Below are positions 9,638 through 17,927 of a DNA stretch of 64,000 bases, piece by piece. Source of the DNA: a virus (Duplodnaviria; Caudoviricetes); IMG/VR virus record IMGVR_UViG_3300017700_000552, positions 354 to 64,353 of that record; one strand, 5' to 3'. The notes beneath the pieces were generated by a model. The model worked only from the letters and a program-made list of their open reading frames with translations, was not told where the DNA came from and searched no databases. The position numbers and the translations under genes are program-made. The stretch's first letter is position 1. Each line of letters starts with the position of its first letter.

Positions 9638-12391
9638 TCAGCGCAGGCCATACAGCGGCGCGTTCTTCTTCCGCAGTTGCTTCCGATCCACCTCGTCCGC
9701 CCGCAACTCCTCCGGCCGGTTCGCAAATCCATTGTCGCGCAGCCACTTCAGCGCCAGCGTCGCCGTATCGGTCAGATCGTCATGACGGCCCTTCGGAAAC
9801 ACTTCCATCTCGGAGATCACCTTCTCCGCATACGTCCTATCCGGGGCGAAGATCAGCCCTTGAGAGAACAGCGGCTGCACCGCCAGCGCCCGAGGCACCT
9901 TGTCCCCCTTGATGTTCACCAGGTCCACCGCGAACCCTTCCCGCCCGTGAATCCGCCGCAGCTCCTGCGCCGCCGTGATGCCGCCCGTCTTGTTTTCGAT
10001 GATCACCCGGTTCACCCGCCGCAATCGCGCAGTGTGGGCGATCCACTCGACCACGCCCCATTGGGATTTTATTCGCTCATAGTAAACCCGGTCTCGTTCT
10101 CCGGGTTCCCTTGGCAACAGGCCCTCGCAGCGCTGTAGGTACTCTGGGTTTGGGGTGCCACGGACGTTCTTTTCGTGGACGGCTTGGAGGGGGAGGGAAC
10201 CGTGCATCTGGAGGCGCTTGGCCCAACCGTCTACGAGCATGACCTGAGGCTGTCCGTCGTCAGCGTAGAATACGCCCCATACGGTCATTGCGGTTGGGTC
10301 GTTCATCTCGTTCTCGGTGAAGGCGGTATCGACGGCGCCTAGCAGGAATTCGAATTGAGGGAATTCGGGCGCATCCCATGGCTGCCACCATTCCCGCTTG
10401 AATAGGTTGCCGCCGCGGGGATGCGGGGTTTGCTGGTACTGACCGGGATAGCCGAGGCCGAGGGATTTCTGGAAACCCAACACCTGCTCCGGCGGAAAGC
10501 GCTCCGGCCAGCACAATTCGCCATCGGCACTTTCCGGATCATCCGGGTTATAGCGGGGGTCGATCCAGCCAATATCGGTTTCAACCGGGCTGCCGTCCGG
10601 CAAAACCTGCCGCTTGAAGTCGTATTCCATTGGGATCATCAAATGGCAGTAGCCCAGATCCAGCTCCAGAATTACCCCGGACAAATCCCGATCGTGCAGG
10701 CGCTGCATAATTACGACAATTGCCGATTTGTTATTGTTGACGCGATTGGACATCGACTCTCGAAACCATGTCGTGGCTGCTGTTCTTACAACTTCGGACT
10801 CAATCTCCTTTACGTTGTGTGGATCATCACAGTTTGAGCAAATGATCAATTCACCTTCGCCACAACATAGGTTATGATTTTCCTCCACCGTCAAACAATA
10901 CGTATTGGAGGGAATTTCATGAAGAAACTCGACATGGACAACAACGGAGAGGATTGGCGCGACGTTGTTGGATTTTCTGGCGCTTACCAGGTCTCCCGCG
11001 ACGGCCGAGTGCGGAGTGTTCCGCGCATTGTCACCCGAAACGGCCACCAATTGACGATCCCCGGCAAAATCATGACGCCGCTGCTCAATCAGGGATACCC
11101 ACGTGTCACGATGCGAATCGGCGGGAAAACTGTCTATCGATTTGCTCACCGGATGGTCGCCGAGGCGTTCATTGGCCCGTGTCCCGATGGACAGGAGGTC
11201 CGGCACAAGAACGGGGACCGATCGATCCCCGGCCTCGACAACATCGAATACGGAACGCGCGCGCAGAACATCGCCGACTGCAAAGTTCACGGCAATTTCA
11301 GGAACGGAGCCAGCCACCTCACCGAGGAGATCGTGCGGGAAATTTTCTCTCGCCGCTATGAGCGGGGCGACCTGCTCGCTAAGGAATACCGAGTTAGCCA
11401 AAGCACCATCAGCAATATTCGAAACGGCCACATTTGGAAGCATCTCGGATTGAGAAAATCTGGCGACTTCCGACTCCGGGGCGACGCCCATCCAGCGCGG
11501 CGCGGTAAGCACATTGTCGCCGGGAATTAGTTGCCCAGCCTCTCGATACCCGTCCGGCGTCATGATTTTATGGTCATAGGTGCATTCGAGGACGCCACCA
11601 TCACCCGTCCGCAATCGAACCATCCGCTTACCCGGATTCTTAAACCAGCGAATAGCCGGGCGCAGCTCCATCGCGCCCGTGCGCTCGTTCAACGACCAAA
11701 CACGGGATTCGTCCCGACTTTCAACCATCTGGCCAATCGCGCGCGGCCCGTTTTCCGTCCAGACTTTGGTTTCATACGGGAAGCAAATAACGCGATCGCC
11801 ACGCATACCGGTTGAAATACCGCCCACCGACGTCGCAAATTTCCAGCCGGTGCGGTCATTGACGATATGCTTGGCGCCGTCCTGCTTCATGCCAAAAACC
11901 GTGCCGTACATGGCCTGAAACTTCGGGCTGCGGATAACGTCCATCGTCTTGTTGTTGGCGATCTGCATAAGGCTGGCGCTGTACGAAAACGTCAGGAACC
12001 GATGGTTCGGCATGCCCATCGCCGACCATTCCCACAGTGGCCAGAAAATCGTCGTTAGAAACGTCTTGGAGAATCCGGGCGACACGTTGATCAGCAGCCG
12101 GTTGATTTCCCCAAACGTCACCGCCTCGAGATGTTCGCAAATCGCATAAAGCGGCCAGCCCTCAACCAATTCCGCGCCAGGCTCCAGCACATCCCAGAAA
12201 TACCGAAAGAACGACATCAGGCCGCCCTGCAGCACGCCGTCTTCGTCGTAATACCCACGCTGCGCGTGGATCGCTTGCTGCTCACGGATATCCAATTCCG
12301 AAAGCAGGGCCATCATCGTGGCCAACTCATCCCGATTTACTTGGCTATTCATAGAGATAGCTATAACAGACGATCCTGCCGACGTCACCAA
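9638..12391 (-). CDS. terL: Terminase large subunit containing an intein
   Basis: Walker A-like VSPGFSKT; Walker B GDRVI|CDDPH split by an insertion; IMQRLH motif; nuclease VDTAFT and HDDLTD. True start may be 12352. Confidence 0.92.
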   Translation of the reverse strand: MVTSAGSSVIAISMNSQVNRDELATMMALLSELDIREQQAIHAQRGYYDEDGVLQGGLMSFFRYFWDVLEPGAELVEGWPLYAICEHLEAVTFGEINRLLINVSPGFSKTFLTTIFWPLWEWSAMGMPNHRFLTFSYSASLMQIANNKTMDVIRSPKFQAMYGTVFGMKQDGAKHIVNDRTGWKFATSVGGISTGMRGDRVICFPYETKVWTENGPRAIGQMVESRDESRVWSLNERTGAMELRPAIRWFKNPGKRMVRLRTGDGGVLECTYDHKIMTPDGYREAGQLIPGDNVLTAPRWMGVAPESEVARFSQSEMLPNVAVSNIADGALANSVFLSEQVAPLIAARENFPHDLLGEVAGSVPEIAVNFAVGDVLRARSVFDVVEAGDRSVPVLVPDLLSIGTRANERLGDHPVSKSIDSFPADSHRDTWVSLIEQRRHDFAGDRQLVAVSGDNARNTPHSAVAGDLVSARKSNNVAPILSVVVHVEFLHEIPSNTYCLTVEENHNLCCGEGELIICSNCDDPHNVKEIESEVVRTAATTWFRESMSNRVNNNKSAIVVIMQRLHDRDLSGVILELDLGYCHLMIPMEYDFKRQVLPDGSPVETDIGWIDPRYNPDDPESADGELCWPERFPPEQVLGFQKSLGLGYPGQYQQTPHPRGGNLFKREWWQPWDAPEFPQFEFLLGAVDTAFTENEMNDPTAMTVWGVFYADDGQPQVMLVDGWAKRLQMHGSLPLQAVHEKNVRGTPNPEYLQRCEGLLPREPGERDRVYYERIKSQWGVVEWIAHTARLRRVNRVIIENKTGGITAAQELRRIHGREGFAVDLVNIKGDKVPRALAVQPLFSQGLIFAPDRTYAEKVISEMEVFPKGRHDDLTDTATLALKWLRDNGFANRPEELRADEVDRKQLRKKNAPLYGLR
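10850..10911 (+). promoter_or_regulatory. Candidate sigma70 promoter plus RBS of the antisense HNH gene
   Basis: TTCACC (10850-10855), N17, TATGAT (10873-10878); SD GGAGG at 10907-10911. Confidence 0.45.
10919..11530 (+). CDS. NUMOD4-HNH homing endonuclease, antisense inside the TerL intein
   Basis: EDWRDVVGFSGAYQVSRDGRVRS (NUMOD4); FAHRMVAEAFIG...VRHKNGD...DNIEYGTRAQN (HNH); C-terminal HTH-like LTEEIVREI...VSQSTISNI; GGAGG SD at 10907-10911, 7 nt before ATG 10919. Confidence 0.9.
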   Translation: MKKLDMDNNGEDWRDVVGFSGAYQVSRDGRVRSVPRIVTRNGHQLTIPGKIMTPLLNQGYPRVTMRIGGKTVYRFAHRMVAEAFIGPCPDGQEVRHKNGDRSIPGLDNIEYGTRAQNIADCKVHGNFRNGASHLTEEIVREIFSRRYERGDLLAKEYRVSQSTISNIRNGHIWKHLGLRKSGDFRLRGDAHPARRGKHIVAGN

Positions 12392-12411
12392 TCAGGCCCG
12401 CCGCATATCGC

Positions 12412-12858
12412 TCATGACCGCTGACCCGGCATCTTTGGCCGGTCACGGATCGCTCTTCCAGCGCCGATGCCGATGACCGAGCCCGAAGCTTTTGCTGCAT
12501 CTCTAGCCTTGGCGTGAGCCATGTAGTCGATATCGGCATAGTGGAATTGCTGCGACGCGAGGCCACGGATCGGATAACCGCTCTTGGAGCCATGAGGCTC
12601 GCCAGCCTCGTTAATGCGCACGATTGCTGCCATCTGTCCCGCGATCGGGTCGCGCTGTCCCGCCACTGGATCGAACCACATATCTGTCACGAGGAAATAC
12701 GCAGGGAGTTTGCGATGCCAGTTGTCCGCTGGCTTTTGCATAAGCTGGTCGCCGACCTTCAATTCTGCGAACCGGAGCGCCCGCGGCGACTTCCGCCTTT
12801 TCGGCTGAGGTATCTCGACCCAGCGCGGCGCTTTCCCGTCTTCGTATATGATGGTCAT
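12412..12858 (-). CDS. Hypothetical protein
   Basis: Start MTIIYEDGK at 12858; globular composition. Confidence 0.55.
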   Translation of the reverse strand: MTIIYEDGKAPRWVEIPQPKRRKSPRALRFAELKVGDQLMQKPADNWHRKLPAYFLVTDMWFDPVAGQRDPIAGQMAAIVRINEAGEPHGSKSGYPIRGLASQQFHYADIDYMAHAKARDAAKASGSVIGIGAGRAIRDRPKMPGQRS

Positions 12859-12871
12859 GCTCAATCCCTGC

Positions 12872-13150
12872 TTAGGAGCGCGGACGTGGCGGCGCGGCAC
12901 GGCCATCGCCGCCGATCTGAGCTATCTCTGGCCAGTTCTGCGGCACAACTGGATCCGTCAGCCGGAGAAGCTGACAAGCACGAGACGCCGCCTCGTGTGG
13001 GGTGTCATATGTCGATGTCGGGGCAACGCCGCCAGAAGCTAGCCACTGCGCAACTTCCCAGCCGTAATCAGCCTTTATCAATATCACAACTTCTCGGTCT
13101 TTGAATTTTTCAAAAGTCCTGCGGCGAATTTCTTCCATCTCTGCATCCAT
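12872..13150 (-). CDS. Hypothetical protein
   Basis: 92-aa ORF with GGAGA SD. Confidence 0.55.
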   Translation of the reverse strand: MDAEMEEIRRRTFEKFKDREVVILIKADYGWEVAQWLASGGVAPTSTYDTPHEAASRACQLLRLTDPVVPQNWPEIAQIGGDGRAAPPRPRS

Positions 13151-13179
13151 CTTGTGTTCTCCGGTTCAGCGGTCTTGGG

Positions 13180-13794
13180 TCAGAATTGCGGATCTTCGAC
13201 AGGCGGACCGACGCGCTGCATTCGATAGGTTCCGGCGTCGTGACGGATACCATTGATGATCGTATCGTGGCGTAGCGTGACTTCGCGGCCCTCGTAGCTT
13301 GTCGCGCCCAGCTCGTCTCCCGTCCGCTCCCGCATCCCGGCATCGGCCCCGGCTACTGGCGCGGAGAGGGCTAGCCCCGCAAGGAATCCGGCGGCAACGG
13401 TGATCGAACGCGCTTCGTATTCCGACAGTCGCCAATCGCCGGAATTCTCCATTTGCGAGATCATTTTTTGCAGCTTCTTTGCAAGCGCTTTTGCGTTGAC
13501 CGCAACCCCCAGGGAGATCACCGCATCCGCGCTTGCAGCCGGCGGGGCGGCGCTACCAACCTTGAGCCAACGGACTTCAGTTCCGGAGTAAAGACCGCGC
13601 GACTGGCCCGTAACAACTTCGTCAAAGTGACGCTTCGTGACAGAAAACCAATCTCCGAGTGCCCCGCCTGGGGATACAGATCGAGCCTGCCACGCCACAG
13701 CCTGCGCGTCGGCCGCCTCTGGCGCGCGCAGGGCGGTCTGCGCATCGAGCAAACTTTCAAATTCAATGTCGTGCATCTCGTTGTCTCCTATCAT
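13180..13794 (-). CDS. Hypothetical protein (mosaic accessory ORF)
   Basis: 204-aa ORF; EAQAVAWQ-type linker common in phage accessory proteins. Confidence 0.55.
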   Translation of the reverse strand: MIGDNEMHDIEFESLLDAQTALRAPEAADAQAVAWQARSVSPGGALGDWFSVTKRHFDEVVTGQSRGLYSGTEVRWLKVGSAAPPAASADAVISLGVAVNAKALAKKLQKMISQMENSGDWRLSEYEARSITVAAGFLAGLALSAPVAGADAGMRERTGDELGATSYEGREVTLRHDTIINGIRHDAGTYRMQRVGPPVEDPQF

Positions 13795-13822
13795 TCGTCA
13801 TGCGGGTAGAGTGCTGGGGTGG

Positions 13823-14023
13823 TCAGGTGGGCTGTTCGAACTTGACCGGGAACAAGAAGCGTTTCCCGTTTGGGATGCCCTGTCCGGCGGATAGGACGGC
13901 GACGACGCGCTCCACATCTGCGACAGGATACTTGGCTAACCCAAGCCCCATCTCCCGCGCCCTGCCGCTTATTTCGGCTAGCATAGCCAAGGCCTCGTCG
14001 AGGTCGTTGCTTTCGATACTCAT
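13823..14023 (-). CDS. Hypothetical protein
   Basis: 66-aa ORF with AGGAG SD. Confidence 0.5.
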   Translation of the reverse strand: MSIESNDLDEALAMLAEISGRAREMGLGLAKYPVADVERVVAVLSAGQGIPNGKRFLFPVKFEQPT

Positions 14024-14078
14024 GGTGCGCTCCTATCGCTGTAAGGGTGGGGCCGCGTTCATTGCTGATGGCTGCGGG

Positions 14079-14396
14079 CTAGTCGGCCAGGGCCTTGTCT
14101 CGAACGTGGTAGCCGTGGCCGTCTGCATCGACCTTCCAATGCCGTTTGCGGTTAACCTGCATCTTGCGATCGATCTCGCCATGTAGATCCGCACCCATCC
14201 GGTGCGCGAGGCGATACAGGATGATCACCACATCGGCGGCTTCCTCGATCGCCTTTGGGTGCTCGTCATCGGAGGTCAAGGCTCGCAACAGCTCGGCCAT
14301 TTCCTCGTTGGCGCGCGCTGCGACCCGTGCGTTTGAGGATGCGGCGCCGAACGTCTCTTCGGTCCATTTCGAGATAGTTTGCTGTGTCTCTGTCAT
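14079..14396 (-). CDS. MazG-like dATP/dGTP pyrophosphohydrolase (DUF550/MazZ-like)
   Basis: WTEETFG...EEMAEL...EEAADVVII...KMQVNRKRHW acidic helix motifs. Confidence 0.7.
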   Translation of the reverse strand: MTETQQTISKWTEETFGAASSNARVAARANEEMAELLRALTSDDEHPKAIEEAADVVIILYRLAHRMGADLHGEIDRKMQVNRKRHWKVDADGHGYHVRDKALAD

Positions 14397-14615
14397 CGTC
14401 CTGCTCCTTGGTCGGTTTTGGTGGTGGGGGCGTCACGTCGGTTCCAGCGTCGGGCTGCCTCAGCGAAAGTGCTCTCATCAACTTCGACGATGACGCAGCC
14501 TTCATGCGGACAGCGGATTCCGTGCATTTCTGCTTTCGAGCTGTGGACAGCTTTCGGGCGACCGCCGCAGAATGGGCATGGCAGCAGCTTCGGTTTCGTC
14601 ATCGTCCTGTTCCTT
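14392..14615. repeat. 18-bp direct repeats flanking the Lar gene (14392-14409 and 14598-14615)
   Basis: GTCATCGTCCTG(C/T)TCCTT, one mismatch; contains SD plus ATGA on the minus strand. Confidence 0.7.
14393..14602 (-). CDS. Lar-family restriction alleviation protein
   Basis: KLLPCPFCGG...CPHEGC...EAARRWNRR. Confidence 0.75.
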   Translation of the reverse strand: MTKPKLLPCPFCGGRPKAVHSSKAEMHGIRCPHEGCVIVEVDESTFAEAARRWNRRDAPTTKTDQGAGR

Positions 14616-14808
14616 CTGTCATGCGGTTATGCGGAGAGAGTGCGGGGGTGCGACAGGGGCGCGGCATAGGGCAGTCGCACGGCCATTCACACAACAAGGC
14701 ATGTTGCCCATGGTGAGTATCGACCAGCGCCCGCGTAGGAAGCCAGCCGCACATCAGCCAATCGGCGAGGTCGCCCAAACGGACGTAGTGAAACCATCGT
14801 TCCCTCAC
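14599..14808 (-). CDS. Hypothetical protein
   Basis: 69-aa coupled ORF. Confidence 0.55.
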   Translation of the reverse strand: MRERWFHYVRLGDLADWLMCGWLPTRALVDTHHGQHALLCEWPCDCPMPRPCRTPALSPHNRMTEGTGR

Positions 14809-15491
14809 AACAACACCTCCTGCTCGATTGGCTCGGGAGCGTCGCTAAAAAGCTTTGGTGCAAACGTGGTTTCGGCCAAGCGCCTGCAGGCCGCGTCGAA
14901 GTACGATTCCACCCGTTCTATCCCGATGAACGAGATGCCTTTCTGGATTGCCGCTACGCCGGTAGTTCCAGACCCCATGAATGGGTCGCACACCGATTTA
15001 ACGTCAGCCGGAAGCTGGTCGAGCGCCCAGGCCATGACCCCTAGTGGCTTCTGCGTTGGGTGCTCGCGAACATCCGAACCCTTGCGGATCATACCGTTCC
15101 AAAGCCACTCGATCCGGCGGACGGCCTTGGGCAAGTTGGTCCAAGCAAGCTCGCAGTCGGCAAAGTCGCCTGTGTTCTTTTTGTCCCACACGAGCCAGCA
15201 CGGCGAGGGGGGGAGTTCAAAAAAGTTGCCGCCGAAGATGATCTGGTGCCGGCTGATGTCTCGCAACATCGCGATAAGCCAGGCGGGAGGTGGCTGTTTA
15301 TCCCAATCAAACTTGCCGTAGTCCTTTGGAGCTGCAAGATTGATACGGGAAGCAACCTTCTTACTGTTTTCGCCGATTCCATACGGAGGGTCGGTGACGA
15401 TCGCATCGACGATTCCAAGCGTAGGCAAAATTTCGCGGTTGTCTCCTAAGTAGACAGTCACCGTATCCGAGATGTGCTCAATGCGCGTCAT
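14805..15491 (-). CDS. DNA N6-adenine/N4-cytosine methyltransferase (beta class)
   Basis: IVTDPPYG, HPTQKP, DPFMGSGTTG. Confidence 0.9.
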   Translation of the reverse strand: MTRIEHISDTVTVYLGDNREILPTLGIVDAIVTDPPYGIGENSKKVASRINLAAPKDYGKFDWDKQPPPAWLIAMLRDISRHQIIFGGNFFELPPSPCWLVWDKKNTGDFADCELAWTNLPKAVRRIEWLWNGMIRKGSDVREHPTQKPLGVMAWALDQLPADVKSVCDPFMGSGTTGVAAIQKGISFIGIERVESYFDAACRRLAETTFAPKLFSDAPEPIEQEVLL

Positions 15492-17463
15492 TCTGCTACA
15501 CCTCCGCGATCATGGCGCGTGACCGTGCATGCCCGCTGGCTCAACATTTCGTCGGCATATTCGTATCGAAGCGCTGCCCATACGGCTAAAAACGAAACCC
15601 GATCAGCTTCGTTCGTGAGTGAAGATGGCCCATTGTCTGGGCTCCATCCAAAAATCCGCATCGCAAAGGCGAAGTCGATAGGCGAGTGTGCGGCTAGGTA
15701 GTCGCGCAGCGACATGCCGTTGTAGGCCACGGCTTCGTCGTGGCTGTGATAGATGGTCATAGCTTCCGCTCCCCGTAGTTCTTATCGGTCGGCTTGCGGC
15801 CCCACTCGTCCCCCTGGCCGCAAGCGGGGCGGCCCATATCGATATCGCCCCGTTGCATGATCTCCTGTGTTCGCTTCATGCCTTCATCCATAGGATGGTC
15901 GGCTCGATACGAGAGTGAGGTCTGTTCAGCCTCGAAAGAAGACATGCAGCCGCCAATATCTTCGCGGCCAAGCAATTTGTTCGCAGCCACGATGCCGCGC
16001 GACTGCCCCGCCTTATCGATTTGGGCAAGCAGCGCCTTGCGAGCCTGATACAGCGCCTCGCCCCTCTTCGTAGAGCGGCCACTACCCACCACCCAGAGCA
16101 GGCCATAAGCGAGTTCGATGGATTCTGTTGGGGGCATGATCAACTCCTTTGAAATTCAGCCAAAACGGCGGCTTCTGCGGGGAATAGTTCTTTCGCTTTC
16201 TCCAAGGCGGCGTCCGTCAGATGCCAGCAACTCCGGTCATACTTTCCGCCGCCAAACTCCCATCTGGCGTATCCCTTACGCTGCAGCGCCTGCATGGATT
16301 GATCTCGCAAAGAGCAATACACGAGCCTCCCGCCGTATCCGTCAATGCGAAGCATGGACTTCAAGGTGAGCAATTGAGCGGGGCTGAACTTCTTCACGCC
16401 GCACCACCCTTCCCATCATGAGGCAAGAGCGCGGAGGTGGCGTTATCTTCGCCCATGTCTTTCTTCATGCAGGCGGTACAGATGTAGTCGCCCATAAAGT
16501 CGAAGGCTCCCGGCCTCCCGCAAGAGTCGCAAATGGCGTCTGCTTTAAACGGCACGTCTCTGCTCACGTCATGCTCCCGGTGTCTGTTGGCGGATTAAGG
16601 TCAACCAGCCTGGGTGATTTCGGAACCAGACTTCATCGAACTCTCCAATGCTCGGCTTGCCGCTCGGTGCTGGATTGTCAAACTGCACCCGAACAACTCC
16701 AGCTGCCACGAATTCCAAGACAGTGCCGGCTTCATCCCGCCCTGAATGGTGAACGCGATCCCCTGACTTGAACATCTCTGCCATCTCACTTCCCCTTGCT
16801 GGACTGGGCGGGGGTGGCGGCGAGGGCTAGGGCGGCGCGAGAGGCGATCACTTCATCGACTTTCTCAGCGTCCCAAAAACCGGCATCGCCACTGTCGACC
16901 AGATCGACATACATCGCGACCATGTCGGTCAGCGCCTTCACCAGCGCATCGTGGCTGTTGCAGGCCTTGACGATGAAGGCGGCGTTGGCTGCGTTCAGCG
17001 TAGACGGGTGATCGCCACCAGCGACCAATTCGTTGTACGCAACGCCCATCGGGCTTTTCTTTTGCGTGGCGTCGCTGCCGTAGATGAACTGCGTTTTGAA
17101 GCCGTTCTCTTGAACAGCCCAAGGCGTTGGGGTGTGCAGCGTCAAGTTCTTGGTCATGTTTCACCTTTGGCAAGCGTTGTTACTTCGGGCGCGCGGTCGG
17201 CTCGAATGAGCGAGGGGGTAGGGTAGTCAGAAGAAGTCCCGGTCGAACTCGATCATCAGCCTGACGCCAAAGCCATCCCGGACGAATTTCGCTGACTTCG
17301 CGGGGCGGTGCTGATCGTCACGGACATCAATGCAGATCTCATGGTCGGCGATGTCCTTCCCGTTCAGCACTGTAGAAACGAAGTCACCGAGCCCCATGGC
17401 ATCTTCGGCGAAATCGTATTCAGCGATGATTTCTTCTTCGTCATCGTCATTCAGATCGGCCAT
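15488..17463 (-). other. Chain of small accessory ORFs (15488-15760, 15757-16143, 16140-16397, a ~57-aa CxxC-CxxC ORF at about 16394-16569, 16569-16784, 16786-17157, 17227-17463)
   Basis: Mostly coupled start/stop overlaps and phage-like compositions (GMSLRDYLAA; HTPTPWAV). Confidence 0.55.
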
Positions 17464-17642
17464 TAGTGGTCTCCCAGCAATTCTTTTGCGGCTTCACAAG
17501 CGGCCATGAACTTCATGACCTTCCTAAAATCCTTGACCGTCGTACCGTTCAGCGCGCCCAAGTTCACGTGTCCGCAGGCATCGGTCAGAGCTTTCAAGGC
17601 GCTCTCCAATTGCGCTTCGCGAGCAGTTTTCGTCTTTGCCAT
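17463..17642 (-). CDS. Hypothetical protein divergent from the RHH gene
   Basis: Start MAKTKT with GGAGAG SD; promoter TTGACA-N17-TATTTT at 17698-17670. Confidence 0.6.
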   Translation of the reverse strand: MAKTKTAREAQLESALKALTDACGHVNLGALNGTTVKDFRKVMKFMAACEAAKELLGDH

Positions 17643-17669
17643 TTCGCTCTCCATCAATTCGATGGTTGA

Positions 17670-17745
17670 AAAATAACGTGTACATGATATGATGTCAATA
17701 ACATGTACACGAAAAGGTGCGATTTGACGGAAATTCATGTACGCG
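17670..17745. promoter_or_regulatory. Divergent promoter region with CATGTACRCG operator repeats
   Basis: Perfect 10-bp inverted repeat CGTGTACATG (17677-17686) / CATGTACACG (17702-17711) around a TTGACA -35 box; third copy CATGTACGCG at 17736-17745. Confidence 0.65.
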
Positions 17746-17747
17746 AT

Positions 17748-17921
17748 ATGCCCCGCAAGATGGGCCGGAAGAAAAAGTGGGCGGAGAACATCAATCTGAC
17801 GCTGCCGGAGGGCGCCAAGGAACGGATGAACGCTGCCCTGGAGGAGGGCGAAGATCGTCTCGACCTGATCCGGTCGGCAATCGAGAAGGAGCTGAAGCGC
17901 CGGGAAAAGGCGAAGGGCTGA
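17748..17921 (+). CDS. Ribbon-helix-helix DNA-binding protein
   Basis: ENINLTLPEGAKERMNAALEEGEDRLDLIRSAIEKELKRRE fits the RHH pattern. Confidence 0.7.
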   Translation: MPRKMGRKKKWAENINLTLPEGAKERMNAALEEGEDRLDLIRSAIEKELKRREKAKG

Positions 17922-17927
17922 CCCACT

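Larger units (their letters stand above)
10832..11785 (-). mobile_element. Intein (Hint domain, 318 aa) in the TerL Walker B motif
   Basis: Cys1 (codon 11785-11783, CFPYETKVWT); block B LECTYDHKIMT; block F TYCLTVEENHNL; C-terminal IICSN followed by Cys+1 (DDPH); removal restores GDRVICDDPH. Confidence 0.92.

Noticed and set aside
10832-11785. Class 3 intein assignment (Cys at block F4)
   Set aside because: Cys1 is present and the block B Trp and block G Thr of the WCT triad are absent, so it fits class 1.
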